Shown one piece after another: positions 55,763 to 64,000 of a DNA stretch of 64,000 bases. Source of the stretch: Candidatus Eiseniibacteriota bacterium (GTDB lineage Bacteria > ARS69). The notes below the pieces were generated by a model. The model searched no databases. It was not told the DNA's origin and saw only the letters and a list, made by a program, of their open reading frames with translations. Position numbers and translations under genes: made by a program. Where the stretch lies: the NCBI GenBank assembly GCA_052390515.1, contig JBQTGV010000001.1, forward strand, positions 1-64,000, read 5' to 3'. Each line of letters opens with the position of its first letter. The stretch's first letter is position 1.

Positions 55763-56235
55763 AGGACTCTTCTCGCCTCCGCGAAACCCCGGGCGAAGTA
55801 GCCGTCGGTCATCGTGTCGATCACGACACCCCGCGACCTCGACGCGTGCACGAAACGTCCGCCGCCGAGGCTGACGCCGACGTGATTCACGCGAGAGGAT
55901 CCGAGGCGGAAGAAGACCAGATCCCCCGGCGCGATCTCGCCCTCCGGGACGGGCTTCCCCTGCATTCTCTGGGTCTGGACGGTCCGAGGCAAGTCGGCGC
56001 CGAGATCGCCGAGGATCCTCTGCGCGAGCGCCGAGCAGTCGATTCTCCCGTACGGAGTACCGAGCCATCCCTCCGCCACCCGCTCCACGTCGGCCGGCTG
56101 CACGACGGCGGGCTCGGCCGGCGCGACGGCGACGTGCGGGTCGGGGTCGGCCATGGGTACGTTGCGATAGATGGGAGCAGCCGCGCATCCGGAGGCGGTA
56201 AGCGCCAGCACGAGCAGCGCGAGCCGGCGCGTCAC
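55759..56235 (-). CDS. NlpC/P60 (C40) lipoprotein
   Basis: Lipobox ASGC; LGTPY, DCS, LPRT, GDLVFF, HVG, FVHAS. GTGA-coupled at both ends. Confidence 0.9.
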   Translation of the reverse strand: MTRRLALLVLALTASGCAAAPIYRNVPMADPDPHVAVAPAEPAVVQPADVERVAEGWLGTPYGRIDCSALAQRILGDLGADLPRTVQTQRMQGKPVPEGEIAPGDLVFFRLGSSRVNHVGVSLGGGRFVHASRSRGVVIDTMTDGYFARGFAEARRVL

Positions 56236-57698
56236 GCCGGCCCACCGCCGCGCAGGCGCTCCCGCAGCACCTCGTTCACGAGCTTGGGGTTGGCTTTGCC
56301 GCGTGTGGCCTTCATGATCTGCCCGACGAGATAGCCGAGCACCTGCTCCCTCCCCGCGCGGATGCTCGCCACCTGCTCGGGATGCGCGGCGATGACCTCG
56401 TCCACCACTTTGCCGATCACCGCCGCGTCGGAGATCTGCGCGAGACCGCGCTCTTCGACGATCGCCGCGGCCGGCTTCCCCGAGGCGACCATCGCCTCGA
56501 ACACTTCCTTCGCCGTGCCGATGGAGATCGCCGCCCGCGCCACCATGCCGAGCAGCTCCGACATCGCCGCCGGCGTCACCGGCACCCGCGCCGCGTCCCC
56601 GCCCCGCTCCTTCAGCACGCGCAGCACTTCGCCCATCGTCCAGTTGCTGGCCGCCTTCGCGTCGCCGGTCGTGCGCGCCAGCTCCTCGAACCACGCCGCC
56701 AGCTCCCTCGACTCTGCGATCACCGCGGCGTCGTACGCCGGGATCCCCAGCGTCTTCACGAAGCGGTCCCGCTTGGCGAAGGGCAGCTCGGGCAGCTCCC
56801 GCCGGATCCTCTCGCAAAGCCCCGCGTCGATCACGAGCGGCATCAGGTCCGGCTCCGGGAAGTAACGGTAGTCGTGCGCGAACTCCTTGGTGCGCATCGG
56901 GCGAACCTCGCCCACGTCGTCGTCCCACAGGAGAGTGATCTGGCTGACCGCGCCGCCGCCCTCCAGCAGACCGATCTGACGGCGCGCCTCCGCGGCGATC
57001 GCCTTCTCCACCATCTTGATGCTGTTCAGGTTCTTGAGCTCGGTCTTCGTGCCGAGTCCCGCTTCGCCGCGCTTCCGCACCGAGACGTTCGCGTCGCACC
57101 GCAAGCTCCCCTGGCTCATGTCGCCGTCGGAAACGCCGAGGTAGCGCACGATGCGCCGGAGCGATTCGAGATACGCGCCGGCTTCCTCGGGCCGCCGCAT
57201 CGAAGGCTCCGACACGATCTCGATCAGCGGCGTCCCGCACCGGTTCAGGTCGATGCGCGAATCGCCGGGCCGCCCCTCGGCGTGGAGCGATTTCCCCGCG
57301 TCCTCTTCGAGGTGGATCCTCGTGAGCGGCACGGCCCGTCGCTCCCCGTCCACCTCGATCGGCACGGCACCGCCTTCGGCCAAGGGCCGCGCGTACTGCG
57401 AGATCTGGTAACCCTTGGGCAGATCCGGATAGAAGTAGTGCTTGCGCGCGAAGATCGACTCGGAGGCCACGCTGCAGCCCAGCGCGAGGGCCGTCGTCAC
57501 GGCCATTTCGACGGCCGCGGGATTCAGGACGGGGAGCGCACCCGGGAGCCCGAGGCACGTGGGACAGACGTTCGTGTTGGGAGGATCGCCGAAGGAGTTC
57601 GCGCACTCGCAGAAGATCTTGGTGCGCGTGGCCAGCTGCACGTGCACCTCGAGGCCGATCACGGTCTCCCAGGGTGCGGCGCTCGGCGCGGCGCTCAT
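56232..57698 (-). CDS. gatB: Asp/Glu-tRNA amidotransferase subunit B
   Basis: IGLEVHVQL, YFYPDLPKGYQISQ, HLEEDAGK, LRCDANVS, DYRYFPEPDL. Confidence 0.98.
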   Translation of the reverse strand: MSAAPSAAPWETVIGLEVHVQLATRTKIFCECANSFGDPPNTNVCPTCLGLPGALPVLNPAAVEMAVTTALALGCSVASESIFARKHYFYPDLPKGYQISQYARPLAEGGAVPIEVDGERRAVPLTRIHLEEDAGKSLHAEGRPGDSRIDLNRCGTPLIEIVSEPSMRRPEEAGAYLESLRRIVRYLGVSDGDMSQGSLRCDANVSVRKRGEAGLGTKTELKNLNSIKMVEKAIAAEARRQIGLLEGGGAVSQITLLWDDDVGEVRPMRTKEFAHDYRYFPEPDLMPLVIDAGLCERIRRELPELPFAKRDRFVKTLGIPAYDAAVIAESRELAAWFEELARTTGDAKAASNWTMGEVLRVLKERGGDAARVPVTPAAMSELLGMVARAAISIGTAKEVFEAMVASGKPAAAIVEERGLAQISDAAVIGKVVDEVIAAHPEQVASIRAGREQVLGYLVGQIMKATRGKANPKLVNEVLRERLRGGGPA

Positions 57699-57726
57699 GC
57701 GGGCACCGCCTCGCGGGGCGTGGCGC

Positions 57727-59163
57727 TCATGACGGCGCCGCCTCGAACGCCTCGGCGACGTGGAACAGCCGCTCCTCGCCGAGGAAGGGTGCGTGCAGCT
57801 GCAGACCGACGGGGAGCCCGCCGCCGGTCGTCCCGCACGGAACCGACAGCGCCGCCACCCCGGCGAGGTTCGCGGGAATGGTGAGCGCATCGGAGAGGTA
57901 CATCGCCAGCGGATCGTCGACGCGCTCGCCGATGTGGAAGGCCGCAGTCGGCGAGACCGGCGAAGCGAGCACGTCGGCCCGCGTGAAGGCCTTCGCGAAG
58001 TCGTTCTGGATGAGGCTGCGTACCCGCATGGCGCGGCCGTAGTACGCGTCGTAGTAGCCGGCGGAGAGGGCGAACGTGCCCAGCAGGATGCGGCGCTTCA
58101 CCTCATCGCCGAAGCCTTCGCTGCGGCTCTTCGTGTACATGTCCTCGAGCCCGGCGAACGCCTTCGCGCGGTGACCGTAGCGCGCGCCGTCGTAACGGGC
58201 CAGGTTCGACGAAGCCTCGGCGCTGGCCACGACGTAGTAGGCAGCCACGCCGTAGCGCGCATGCGGGAGCTCGACGTCGACGGTCACGGCGCCGAGGGAG
58301 GCCAGGCGGCTGACGGCCTCCTCGATCCGGCGCCGCACATCGTGATCGACGCCTTCGCCGACGTGCTCGCGGATCACGCCGACGCGGAGGCCGTCGAGGC
58401 GTTCGCCCTTCGACGGACGGTAGGCCGGGGCCGGGGTCGGGTTGGACGTGGCGTCTCGCGGGTCCACCCCGGCGACGACGGCGAGCGCCATGGCCACGCC
58501 GCCCACCGTCCGCGCCACCGGCCCGATCTGGTCGAGCGACGAGCCGAAGGCCACCAGCCCGTAGCGCGACACTCGGCCGTACGAAGGCTTCAGGCCGACG
58601 ACGCCGCAGAAGGACGCGGGCAGCCGTACCGAGCCGCCGGTCTCGCTGCCGAACGCGAGCGGGGTCATCCCCGCCGCGACCGCCGCGCAGGATCCGCCCG
58701 AGGATCCTCCCGGCACGCGCGAGGAGTCGTGCGGGTTCCGAGCCGGGCCGAACTTCGAGTACTCGTTCGAGCTGCCCATGGCGAACTCGTCCAGGTTCGT
58801 CTTGCCGAGCAGCACCGCGCCGGCGGAGCGGAGCCTCGCGACGAGCGTCGCGTCGTAGGGGGAGACGTAGCCGTCCAGCACGCGGGACGCGCACGTCACC
58901 GGCAGCCCGCGCACCACGATGTTGTCCTTGAGGGCGTAGGGAATGCCGTCGAGCGGACCGAGCCGGCGGCCGGCTGCACACCGCTCGTCGGAGGCGGCCG
59001 CCGCCGCGCGCGCCCCGGCCGCGTCCACGAACGCGAACGCGTTCAGCTCGGCGTTGCGCTCCTCGATGCGCGCGAGGCAGTCTTCGATCAGGTCGGCGGC
59101 GGAGAGCCGACCCGCGGCGAGATCCGCGGAAAGCTCCGGCACGGGGCGAAGCGCCGGTCTCAC
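57727..59163 (-). CDS. gatA: Asp/Glu-tRNA amidotransferase subunit A
   Basis: GKTNLDEFAMGSS, PGGSSGGS, GSETGGSVR, SSNLARYDG, EVKRRILLGT. Confidence 0.98.
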   Translation of the reverse strand: MRPALRPVPELSADLAAGRLSAADLIEDCLARIEERNAELNAFAFVDAAGARAAAAASDERCAAGRRLGPLDGIPYALKDNIVVRGLPVTCASRVLDGYVSPYDATLVARLRSAGAVLLGKTNLDEFAMGSSNEYSKFGPARNPHDSSRVPGGSSGGSCAAVAAGMTPLAFGSETGGSVRLPASFCGVVGLKPSYGRVSRYGLVAFGSSLDQIGPVARTVGGVAMALAVVAGVDPRDATSNPTPAPAYRPSKGERLDGLRVGVIREHVGEGVDHDVRRRIEEAVSRLASLGAVTVDVELPHARYGVAAYYVVASAEASSNLARYDGARYGHRAKAFAGLEDMYTKSRSEGFGDEVKRRILLGTFALSAGYYDAYYGRAMRVRSLIQNDFAKAFTRADVLASPVSPTAAFHIGERVDDPLAMYLSDALTIPANLAGVAALSVPCGTTGGGLPVGLQLHAPFLGEERLFHVAEAFEAAPS

Positions 59164-59456
59164 GCGGAGCCTTCCCCATCGATGACCGCCGGAACGTGGA
59201 CCGTCTCGCCGTCGGACTTGGGCGCGAGCGCGAGGACTTCGGCCCGCGGAAGTCCCGGGCGCGGATCATCGCCGCGGGGCGCCGCCTCGACGACGGCGAC
59301 GTGGGTCAGCTCGTCGGCCTTCTCGTCCACCTCGCGGAGCTGCGCCACGTAGTCGAGAATGCGGCCGAGCTGAGCAACGAGCCGCTCCTCTTCCGCGGGA
59401 GCGAGCTCGAGCTTCGCCAGACGTGCGAGGTGCAGGATCTCATCGCGGCTGACCAT
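59160..59456 (-). CDS. gatC: Asp/Glu-tRNA amidotransferase subunit C
   Basis: HLARLAKL, ILDYVAQL, VPAVI; directly upstream of gatA. Confidence 0.93.
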   Translation of the reverse strand: MVSRDEILHLARLAKLELAPAEEERLVAQLGRILDYVAQLREVDEKADELTHVAVVEAAPRGDDPRPGLPRAEVLALAPKSDGETVHVPAVIDGEGSA

Positions 59457-59472
59457 GGGGCGGTCAGCATAA

Positions 59473-60834
59473 TCAGGGAATCCGCTTTCCGGAAGCCTCC
59501 TGATCGCCCAGCAGGATCACGACCTCGCCGACCGTGCCCGCGGCGTCGCGGCGGAACTCGAAGCGCGCGCCGACGTCGGGCGCCTCGAACCGGTCCGGAC
59601 CGAGCGGCACGAGCAGGACCGGTGTCTCGCCCGCGAGCGTGGCCTCGAGCCCGGAGTCGAGCCTTCGGATGGAGAGGAGCCCCATCGGCGTCTCGAACCG
59701 GCCGACGAACGCGTCCAGCTTCGCCGGGTCCGCCGCCGCCGCCGCCGCTGCACGCGCGTCCTCGGTCTCGAGCCTGTCGAGCGCGCGGCGGATGTCGTCG
59801 ACACGGCCCTCGTCCGCACCCGCATCGAGCATCCCGCGCAGGGCTGCCAGGTGCGCGGTCCTCAACGCGGCGTCCATCGGCACCTCGATGTCCGGCTTCA
59901 CGCCGACACCCTCCCAGTTCGAGCCGGTCCTGGGGTTGATCGCCCGCGCGATCGGCACCTGGACGCCGAAGTGGTCGTCGACGCGGAATCGGCGGATCGG
60001 GTGCGCACCGCCGCGCGTCGTCTCCCCGACGACCTTCGCGCGGCCCAGTTCCTGCAGCGCGAACGCGAAACCTTCGGCTGCGGAATGCGTCTTGCCGCTC
60101 GTCAGCAGCCAGACCTCCCGGTCCAGGTACTTCGCCCCCGGGACGTACGGCACGGTCCAGTTCTGCAGCGTGAAGTTCTCCGGGCGGACGTACACGTCGT
60201 CCAGGTGCACGGGCTCACCGGCGAAGAACCAGCTCGCCAGGAAGGCCACCATGCGCCCGTCGCCACCTGTGTTCCAGCGCAGGTCGATGATCAGCGCGGC
60301 GGTCCGGGACAGCAGCTCCATCGCCCCCGCCACCGCGTCTCCCCCGAGCTCCGGATCGACGAAGGCGTCCAGATCCAGCAGGCCCACGTTTCCGGGAAGG
60401 CGCTTCGCCTCCACCACGCCTCCGTTGACCCATGCGAGATCCTGCCGGCGCTCCTCGCGCTGCTCCGGCGTTTCCGGCGCGTCCACTCCGAACGTCGCCG
60501 GCAGCGCCTCGGCGCTGTAGCGCACCAGGAAGTGCGTGTCGCCCGTCGCCGCGCGGAGATCCTCGGTGAGCGCGCCGGCGAACGACGCGCCGTCGGTCAG
60601 CGCGTCGTACTCGCCGTTCCTGGCTCGTGCGCGCAGCAGCCTCTCGGCGTCCTTGGTCTTCTCGACGAGCACATACGACCGCTCGATCTCGAGGAGGACG
60701 CCGTCGATCACGCTCCGGCGACGTGCGGCGTCGACCCCGCCGTCGGACGGTGTCGCCTGCGCGGAACAGTTCGCCACGACGAGGCCGAACAACGCGAACA
60801 TCGCGAACACGAGACCGGTGAGGATGCGGATCAT
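59473..60834 (-). CDS. S41-family (IRBP-like) exported peptidase
   Basis: Signal/TM; LIIDLRWNTGG, THSAAE, VVGETTRGGA, WEGVGVKPD. ATGA coupling to the upstream gene. Confidence 0.9.
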   Translation of the reverse strand: MIRILTGLVFAMFALFGLVVANCSAQATPSDGGVDAARRRSVIDGVLLEIERSYVLVEKTKDAERLLRARARNGEYDALTDGASFAGALTEDLRAATGDTHFLVRYSAEALPATFGVDAPETPEQREERRQDLAWVNGGVVEAKRLPGNVGLLDLDAFVDPELGGDAVAGAMELLSRTAALIIDLRWNTGGDGRMVAFLASWFFAGEPVHLDDVYVRPENFTLQNWTVPYVPGAKYLDREVWLLTSGKTHSAAEGFAFALQELGRAKVVGETTRGGAHPIRRFRVDDHFGVQVPIARAINPRTGSNWEGVGVKPDIEVPMDAALRTAHLAALRGMLDAGADEGRVDDIRRALDRLETEDARAAAAAAADPAKLDAFVGRFETPMGLLSIRRLDSGLEATLAGETPVLLVPLGPDRFEAPDVGARFEFRRDAAGTVGEVVILLGDQEASGKRIP

Positions 60835-61265
60835 GACGCGCTCCTTCCGCCGCCCTTCGGGCGGACGATCCACGCACTGATGAGCAGGGCGAACCCGACG
60901 AAGAGCGGGATGACTCCGACGACCCACATCTGCTTGTCGCGGCCGTCGGGAATGTGCTGCAGGAAGATCATGACGGCGAGGCCGACGGCCACGCAGATGA
61001 TCCCCCCGATGGTGAGCCCCTGGGCTCGACGAAGCTGCGCCTGCTCGAACGTCAACCCGGCGTCCCCGAGAGCAGCCGGGACCGCCAGCGGCGGGAGCTG
61101 ATCGGGCGGAACTCCCTTCTCGATCGCCAGCATGCGCTCTCGCTGGGCCAGCTCGGCCAGCCGCTGCTGCCCGAGCGTCTTGACGATGCCGGCGACGATG
61201 CCTCCGACGATCGCGACCATCGGAATGGAGAAGATGGCGACCATGATGATGAGTTCTTCGTTCAC
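60831..61265 (-). CDS. DUF6249-like small membrane protein
   Basis: TM, ERMLAIEKG, then two TMs. AGGAGG RBS before the GTG. Confidence 0.72.
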   Translation of the reverse strand: MNEELIIMVAIFSIPMVAIVGGIVAGIVKTLGQQRLAELAQRERMLAIEKGVPPDQLPPLAVPAALGDAGLTFEQAQLRRAQGLTIGGIICVAVGLAVMIFLQHIPDGRDKQMWVVGVIPLFVGFALLISAWIVRPKGGGRSAS

Positions 61266-61311
61266 GAGTCCCCTCCTGTCGTTCGTAGTGTTCCGTCCGG
61301 TCCTTCTGCCG

Positions 61312-61343
61312 CTTGAGACGACGGCGGATCCCGAGCCGGTTTC
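61312..61343 (-). promoter_or_regulatory. ECF-type promoter driving the DUF6249-S41 genes
   Basis: Minus strand reads GAAACCG-N17-GTCTCAAG. Confidence 0.72.
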
Positions 61344-61355
61344 GAGAAACCGCTT

Positions 61356-61387
61356 GAAACCGAGAGCATGCCGACCCCAGTCTCAAG
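61356..61387 (+). promoter_or_regulatory. ECF-type autoregulatory promoter of the sigma factor
   Basis: Plus strand reads GAAACCG-N17-GTCTCAAG, with the same boxes and spacing as the divergent copy. Confidence 0.72.
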
Positions 61388-61391
61388 GGTC

Positions 61392-62012
61392 ATGACGACG
61401 ATCGCCTGGACCTTCGCCCTCGCGGCCCCGGTGTCCGACGCCTCACCCACGACGGAATCCCGGGCGGCCGACGACGAGCGTGCCCGGATCCAAGCGGCGC
61501 GCTCCGGAGACGAGAGGGCCTTCCGGGTGCTCGTGGACCGTTACCGCGACCGGATCTTTGGCCTCGCGCTGCGTATGGCCGGGAGTCGGGAAGCCGCCGA
61601 GGAGATCGCGCAGGACGCTTTCGTCCGCGCGTGGCAGGCGCTCCCCGGCTTCCGCGGCGAGTCCCGCTTCTCGACGTGGCTCTATCGCATCGCGTTCCGG
61701 CGGGCGCTGGATGAACGTGTGGCGCTGGGGCGAAGGCGCGGCCGGGAGACGGCGATGGAGCCGGCCGCGCTGGAGCAGGCGGACACGCGAGGGGCGCGCA
61801 CTCCGGACTGGGGGACGCGGCTCCGTCTGGAGCGCGCCATCGGAGAGCTGCCCGAGGCGCAGCGCGCCTGCATCACGCTCTTCTACGCGGGCGATCAGTC
61901 CATCGAGGAGATTGCGCGGGTGCTGGACGCACCGACCGGCACGGTGAAGACTCACCTGCACCGCGCGCGCGCCGCGCTGCGCGAGCGGCTGGAGGCCGGT
62001 CATGACTCGTGA
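61392..62012 (+). CDS. ECF RNA polymerase sigma factor
   Basis: AEEIAQDAFVRAW, FRGESRFSTWLYRIA, SIEEIA...GTVKTHLHRAR. Start placed downstream of the promoter motif; the track gives 61368. Confidence 0.93.
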   Translation: MTTIAWTFALAAPVSDASPTTESRAADDERARIQAARSGDERAFRVLVDRYRDRIFGLALRMAGSREAAEEIAQDAFVRAWQALPGFRGESRFSTWLYRIAFRRALDERVALGRRRGRETAMEPAALEQADTRGARTPDWGTRLRLERAIGELPEAQRACITLFYAGDQSIEEIARVLDAPTGTVKTHLHRARAALRERLEAGHDS

Positions 62013-62427
62013 CGATGACGCCCGGCTCGACGCGTTGCTTCAGGGACTGCCGCCGGGACCTTCGGTCAGCTTCACCGACGACGTGATGCGCCGCGTCCGG
62101 GTCGCGCCGCGGCCCGCCGCCGCGCCGGCGCCGGCCTGGGCGGAGCCTGCCCTGCCGTGGTGGACGCGCGCGCTGCTCCAGCCGGCCACGATCGGTGCGT
62201 TCGTGATCGCGGCGCTCTTCGCCGTGTGGTCGGATGAGCTCCTGCGGGGATCGTTGCAGCTGTCCGGCGCGCTCGCCTCGGGAATCACCGCGGCGGCTGC
62301 GGAGATGCCGTCCTGGAGCGGGCTGCTGCTGGCGATCAACGGCGGTTCCCTGCTGCTCGCTCTCCTCGCGGTTCAGGGGGCTCGGATCTTCCTGAACTCT
62401 CCGGTCGGCCACCGCGCACAGCGCTGA
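62002..62427 (+). CDS. Putative membrane anti-sigma factor
   Basis: Overlaps the sigma gene; PSVSFTDDVMRRV N-terminal segment followed by TM helices. Confidence 0.65.
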   Translation: MTRDDDARLDALLQGLPPGPSVSFTDDVMRRVRVAPRPAAAPAPAWAEPALPWWTRALLQPATIGAFVIAALFAVWSDELLRGSLQLSGALASGITAAAAEMPSWSGLLLAINGGSLLLALLAVQGARIFLNSPVGHRAQR

Positions 62428-62437
62428 GGGCTCCGGG

Positions 62438-64000
62438 TCAAGCCTCCCCCGCGTCCAATCGGTCACGAAGTGCCCGTTCCACCGCCACCAAGGGCGGAAA
62501 GTCGCGCGTCCGCAGCATCCCCGCGTACTGATCGAGCCGGCGACGAGCCTCGTCCCTTCGCCCCAGCGCGAGCAGTGCCCGCACGTGCAGGGGGCGCACC
62601 TGGAGCAGCAGGTGCTCGATGTCGGTGCCTTGCAGGATGTCCTCGACTTCCTCCGCCCACGCCAGCGCCTTCGCCCACTCCTTCCGCGCCAGCGCGACAT
62701 GCGCCAGCGTGTACCGCCCCACTGCGCGCATGTGCACGAGGCCGAGCCTGTCTGCCCGGTCGGCTGCCTCCACGGCCAGCTCGAGAGCCTCATCCACCCG
62801 GCCATCGTCGGCGGCCACGCGCGCGACACCGTTCAGGGCGAACACCTCGAGGCGGGCTTCGCCGACCTGGCGCGCCAGCTGCAGCGACGTCTGCAGCGCA
62901 CGGTCGGCCTCCTGCAGGTTTCCGCATCCGATCCAGCAGAAGCCCTCCGCCATGAGCGACCACCCCTCGCGCTCGCGCGAGCGATGCGGCCGCACGATCT
63001 CCTGCTCGATCCGCGCGAATTCGATTCCCTCCTCGAACGGCCCGGTGATGGAGTTGGCCTCCGCCAGGAATTCGTAGCCGACCGCCTTGCAGATCGGGCG
63101 GCCGGTGCGCTCCCCGAGCTCGATGGCGCGCCACGCCCACTGGGCGCTGGTTGGAAAGTCCGCAAGCGCCTGATGGGCTCCGGCGAGATACGCGTAGATG
63201 AAGACCAGCGAATCCGCGGGCGACGCGCCCTCGGCCAGATCGAGCGCACGCTCCAGCAGCGCGACCGCGTCCCGGTGTTGCCCGCGGAGGTGCTGGAACC
63301 GCGCCTTGATGACCAGGGCGTCGGCCGTCTCGACCGGGTGCTTTGCGGGATCCAGCTCCGCCAGCGCCTCGTCTGCGAACGTGATGGCGCGCGGATCTCC
63401 CACGGTCACGTACGTGCCCGCCGCCGCGCACTTGAGCTTCACCCGGGCCAGCGGATCGACCGTCAGCGCGAGCGCCCGCTCGTAGTGCGCCCCCGCAGCG
63501 ATTCGCTCACCGCCAGCCACGCACGCGTCCCCGATGGCCTGCTCGATCTCCCGGATGGCGTCGTGCCGCTCCAGCGAATCCGCGCACTCGCGTGCGCGGT
63601 GGAACAGGCCGATGGCATCCTGGATCGCGAACATCGCCACGGCATCGCGGGCTGCGGCCAGCGCGAACACGAGACCGCGCTCGCAGTCGCCGCCCTCGAT
63701 GCAGTGGTGGGCGAGATCCTCGATGGCCACGCCCCTCCCCGCCACCCGAGCCTTCTCCAGACCCTCGGCCACGCGCAGGTGCAGGCGGCGCCTGCGGATC
63801 GGATTCAGCTCCTCGTAGAGGACCTCGCGGATCTTGTCGTGGGTGAAGACGAACGCCTCATCCTCGAGCGGCACGACCAGCTGCGCGCGGACCGCCGCGT
63901 CCAGCGCGTCGAGCAACGCGTCCTCGTCGCCCTCGGGACTGGCCGCCGCCAGCTCCCCGAACGTGAACTGCTTCCCGATCACGGCCGCGGTGCGCAGCGC
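62438..64000 (-). CDS. C-terminal part of a large ATPase-associated winged-helix/TPR protein (STAND/AAA-type regulator), truncated by the window edge
   Basis: AAVIGKQF, FTHDKIREVLY, RRRRLHLRVA, LAHH, then tandem TPR-like helices. Confidence 0.78.
   Translation of the reverse strand, partial: ALRTAAVIGKQFTFGELAAASPEGDEDALLDALDAAVRAQLVVPLEDEAFVFTHDKIREVLYEELNPIRRRRLHLRVAEGLEKARVAGRGVAIEDLAHHCIEGGDCERGLVFALAAARDAVAMFAIQDAIGLFHRARECADSLERHDAIREIEQAIGDACVAGGERIAAGAHYERALALTVDPLARVKLKCAAAGTYVTVGDPRAITFADEALAELDPAKHPVETADALVIKARFQHLRGQHRDAVALLERALDLAEGASPADSLVFIYAYLAGAHQALADFPTSAQWAWRAIELGERTGRPICKAVGYEFLAEANSITGPFEEGIEFARIEQEIVRPHRSREREGWSLMAEGFCWIGCGNLQEADRALQTSLQLARQVGEARLEVFALNGVARVAADDGRVDEALELAVEAADRADRLGLVHMRAVGRYTLAHVALARKEWAKALAWAEEVEDILQGTDIEHLLLQVRPLHVRALLALGRRDEARRRLDQYAGMLRTRDFPPLVAVERALRDRLDAGEA

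Noticed and set aside
59731-59748. (GCC)n microsatellite
   Set aside because: Encodes a poly-Ala linker in the S41 peptidase.
1-64000. CRISPR arrays, tRNA/rRNA, IS elements, prophage, genome-wide stop-codon recoding
   Set aside because: No spaced repeats, RNA gene signatures, transposase, integrase or phage genes seen by eye; TAG and TGA both terminate conserved genes at expected positions.

Overview
Very GC-rich, gene-dense chromosomal window from a diderm bacterium. It has about 51 CDS. I recognised no rRNA, tRNA, CRISPR array or transposase. Two secreted enzymes carry FlgD-Ig/T9SS-like C-terminal domains and two carry a WGxVKSxYR tail. From recollection this resembles FCB-related candidate phyla (Eisenbacteria/Krumholzibacteria/Latescibacteria-like), which is an inference only. 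Housekeeping content: iscS, glyA, tsaC, purE, purD, gatCAB, msrP and a fadD-like ligase. Envelope and glycan modification genes are abundant: an STT3/AglB-like transferase, three more GT-C-like proteins, an MBOAT-SGNH fusion, Wzz/Wzy/Wzx with a sulfotransferase and a TylF methyltransferase, and a PagL-like barrel. Best candidates for undescribed biology: (1) a tightly spaced operon of a long Rossmann-fold protein, a ~1567-aa adenylation/pseudokinase-like/GNAT fusion and an acyl-CoA ligase (39354-47547); (2) a shared C-terminal WGxVKSxYR motif on unrelated secreted proteins, a possible sorting signal; (3) an AglB-like enzyme with a rewritten WWDYG motif; (4) twin back-to-back ECF promoters and frequent leaderless gene starts; (5) a small protein/nucleotidyltransferase pair embedded after glyA. 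Many long ORFs in the supplied track are GC-rich shadow frames, so start codons were re-called by hand.
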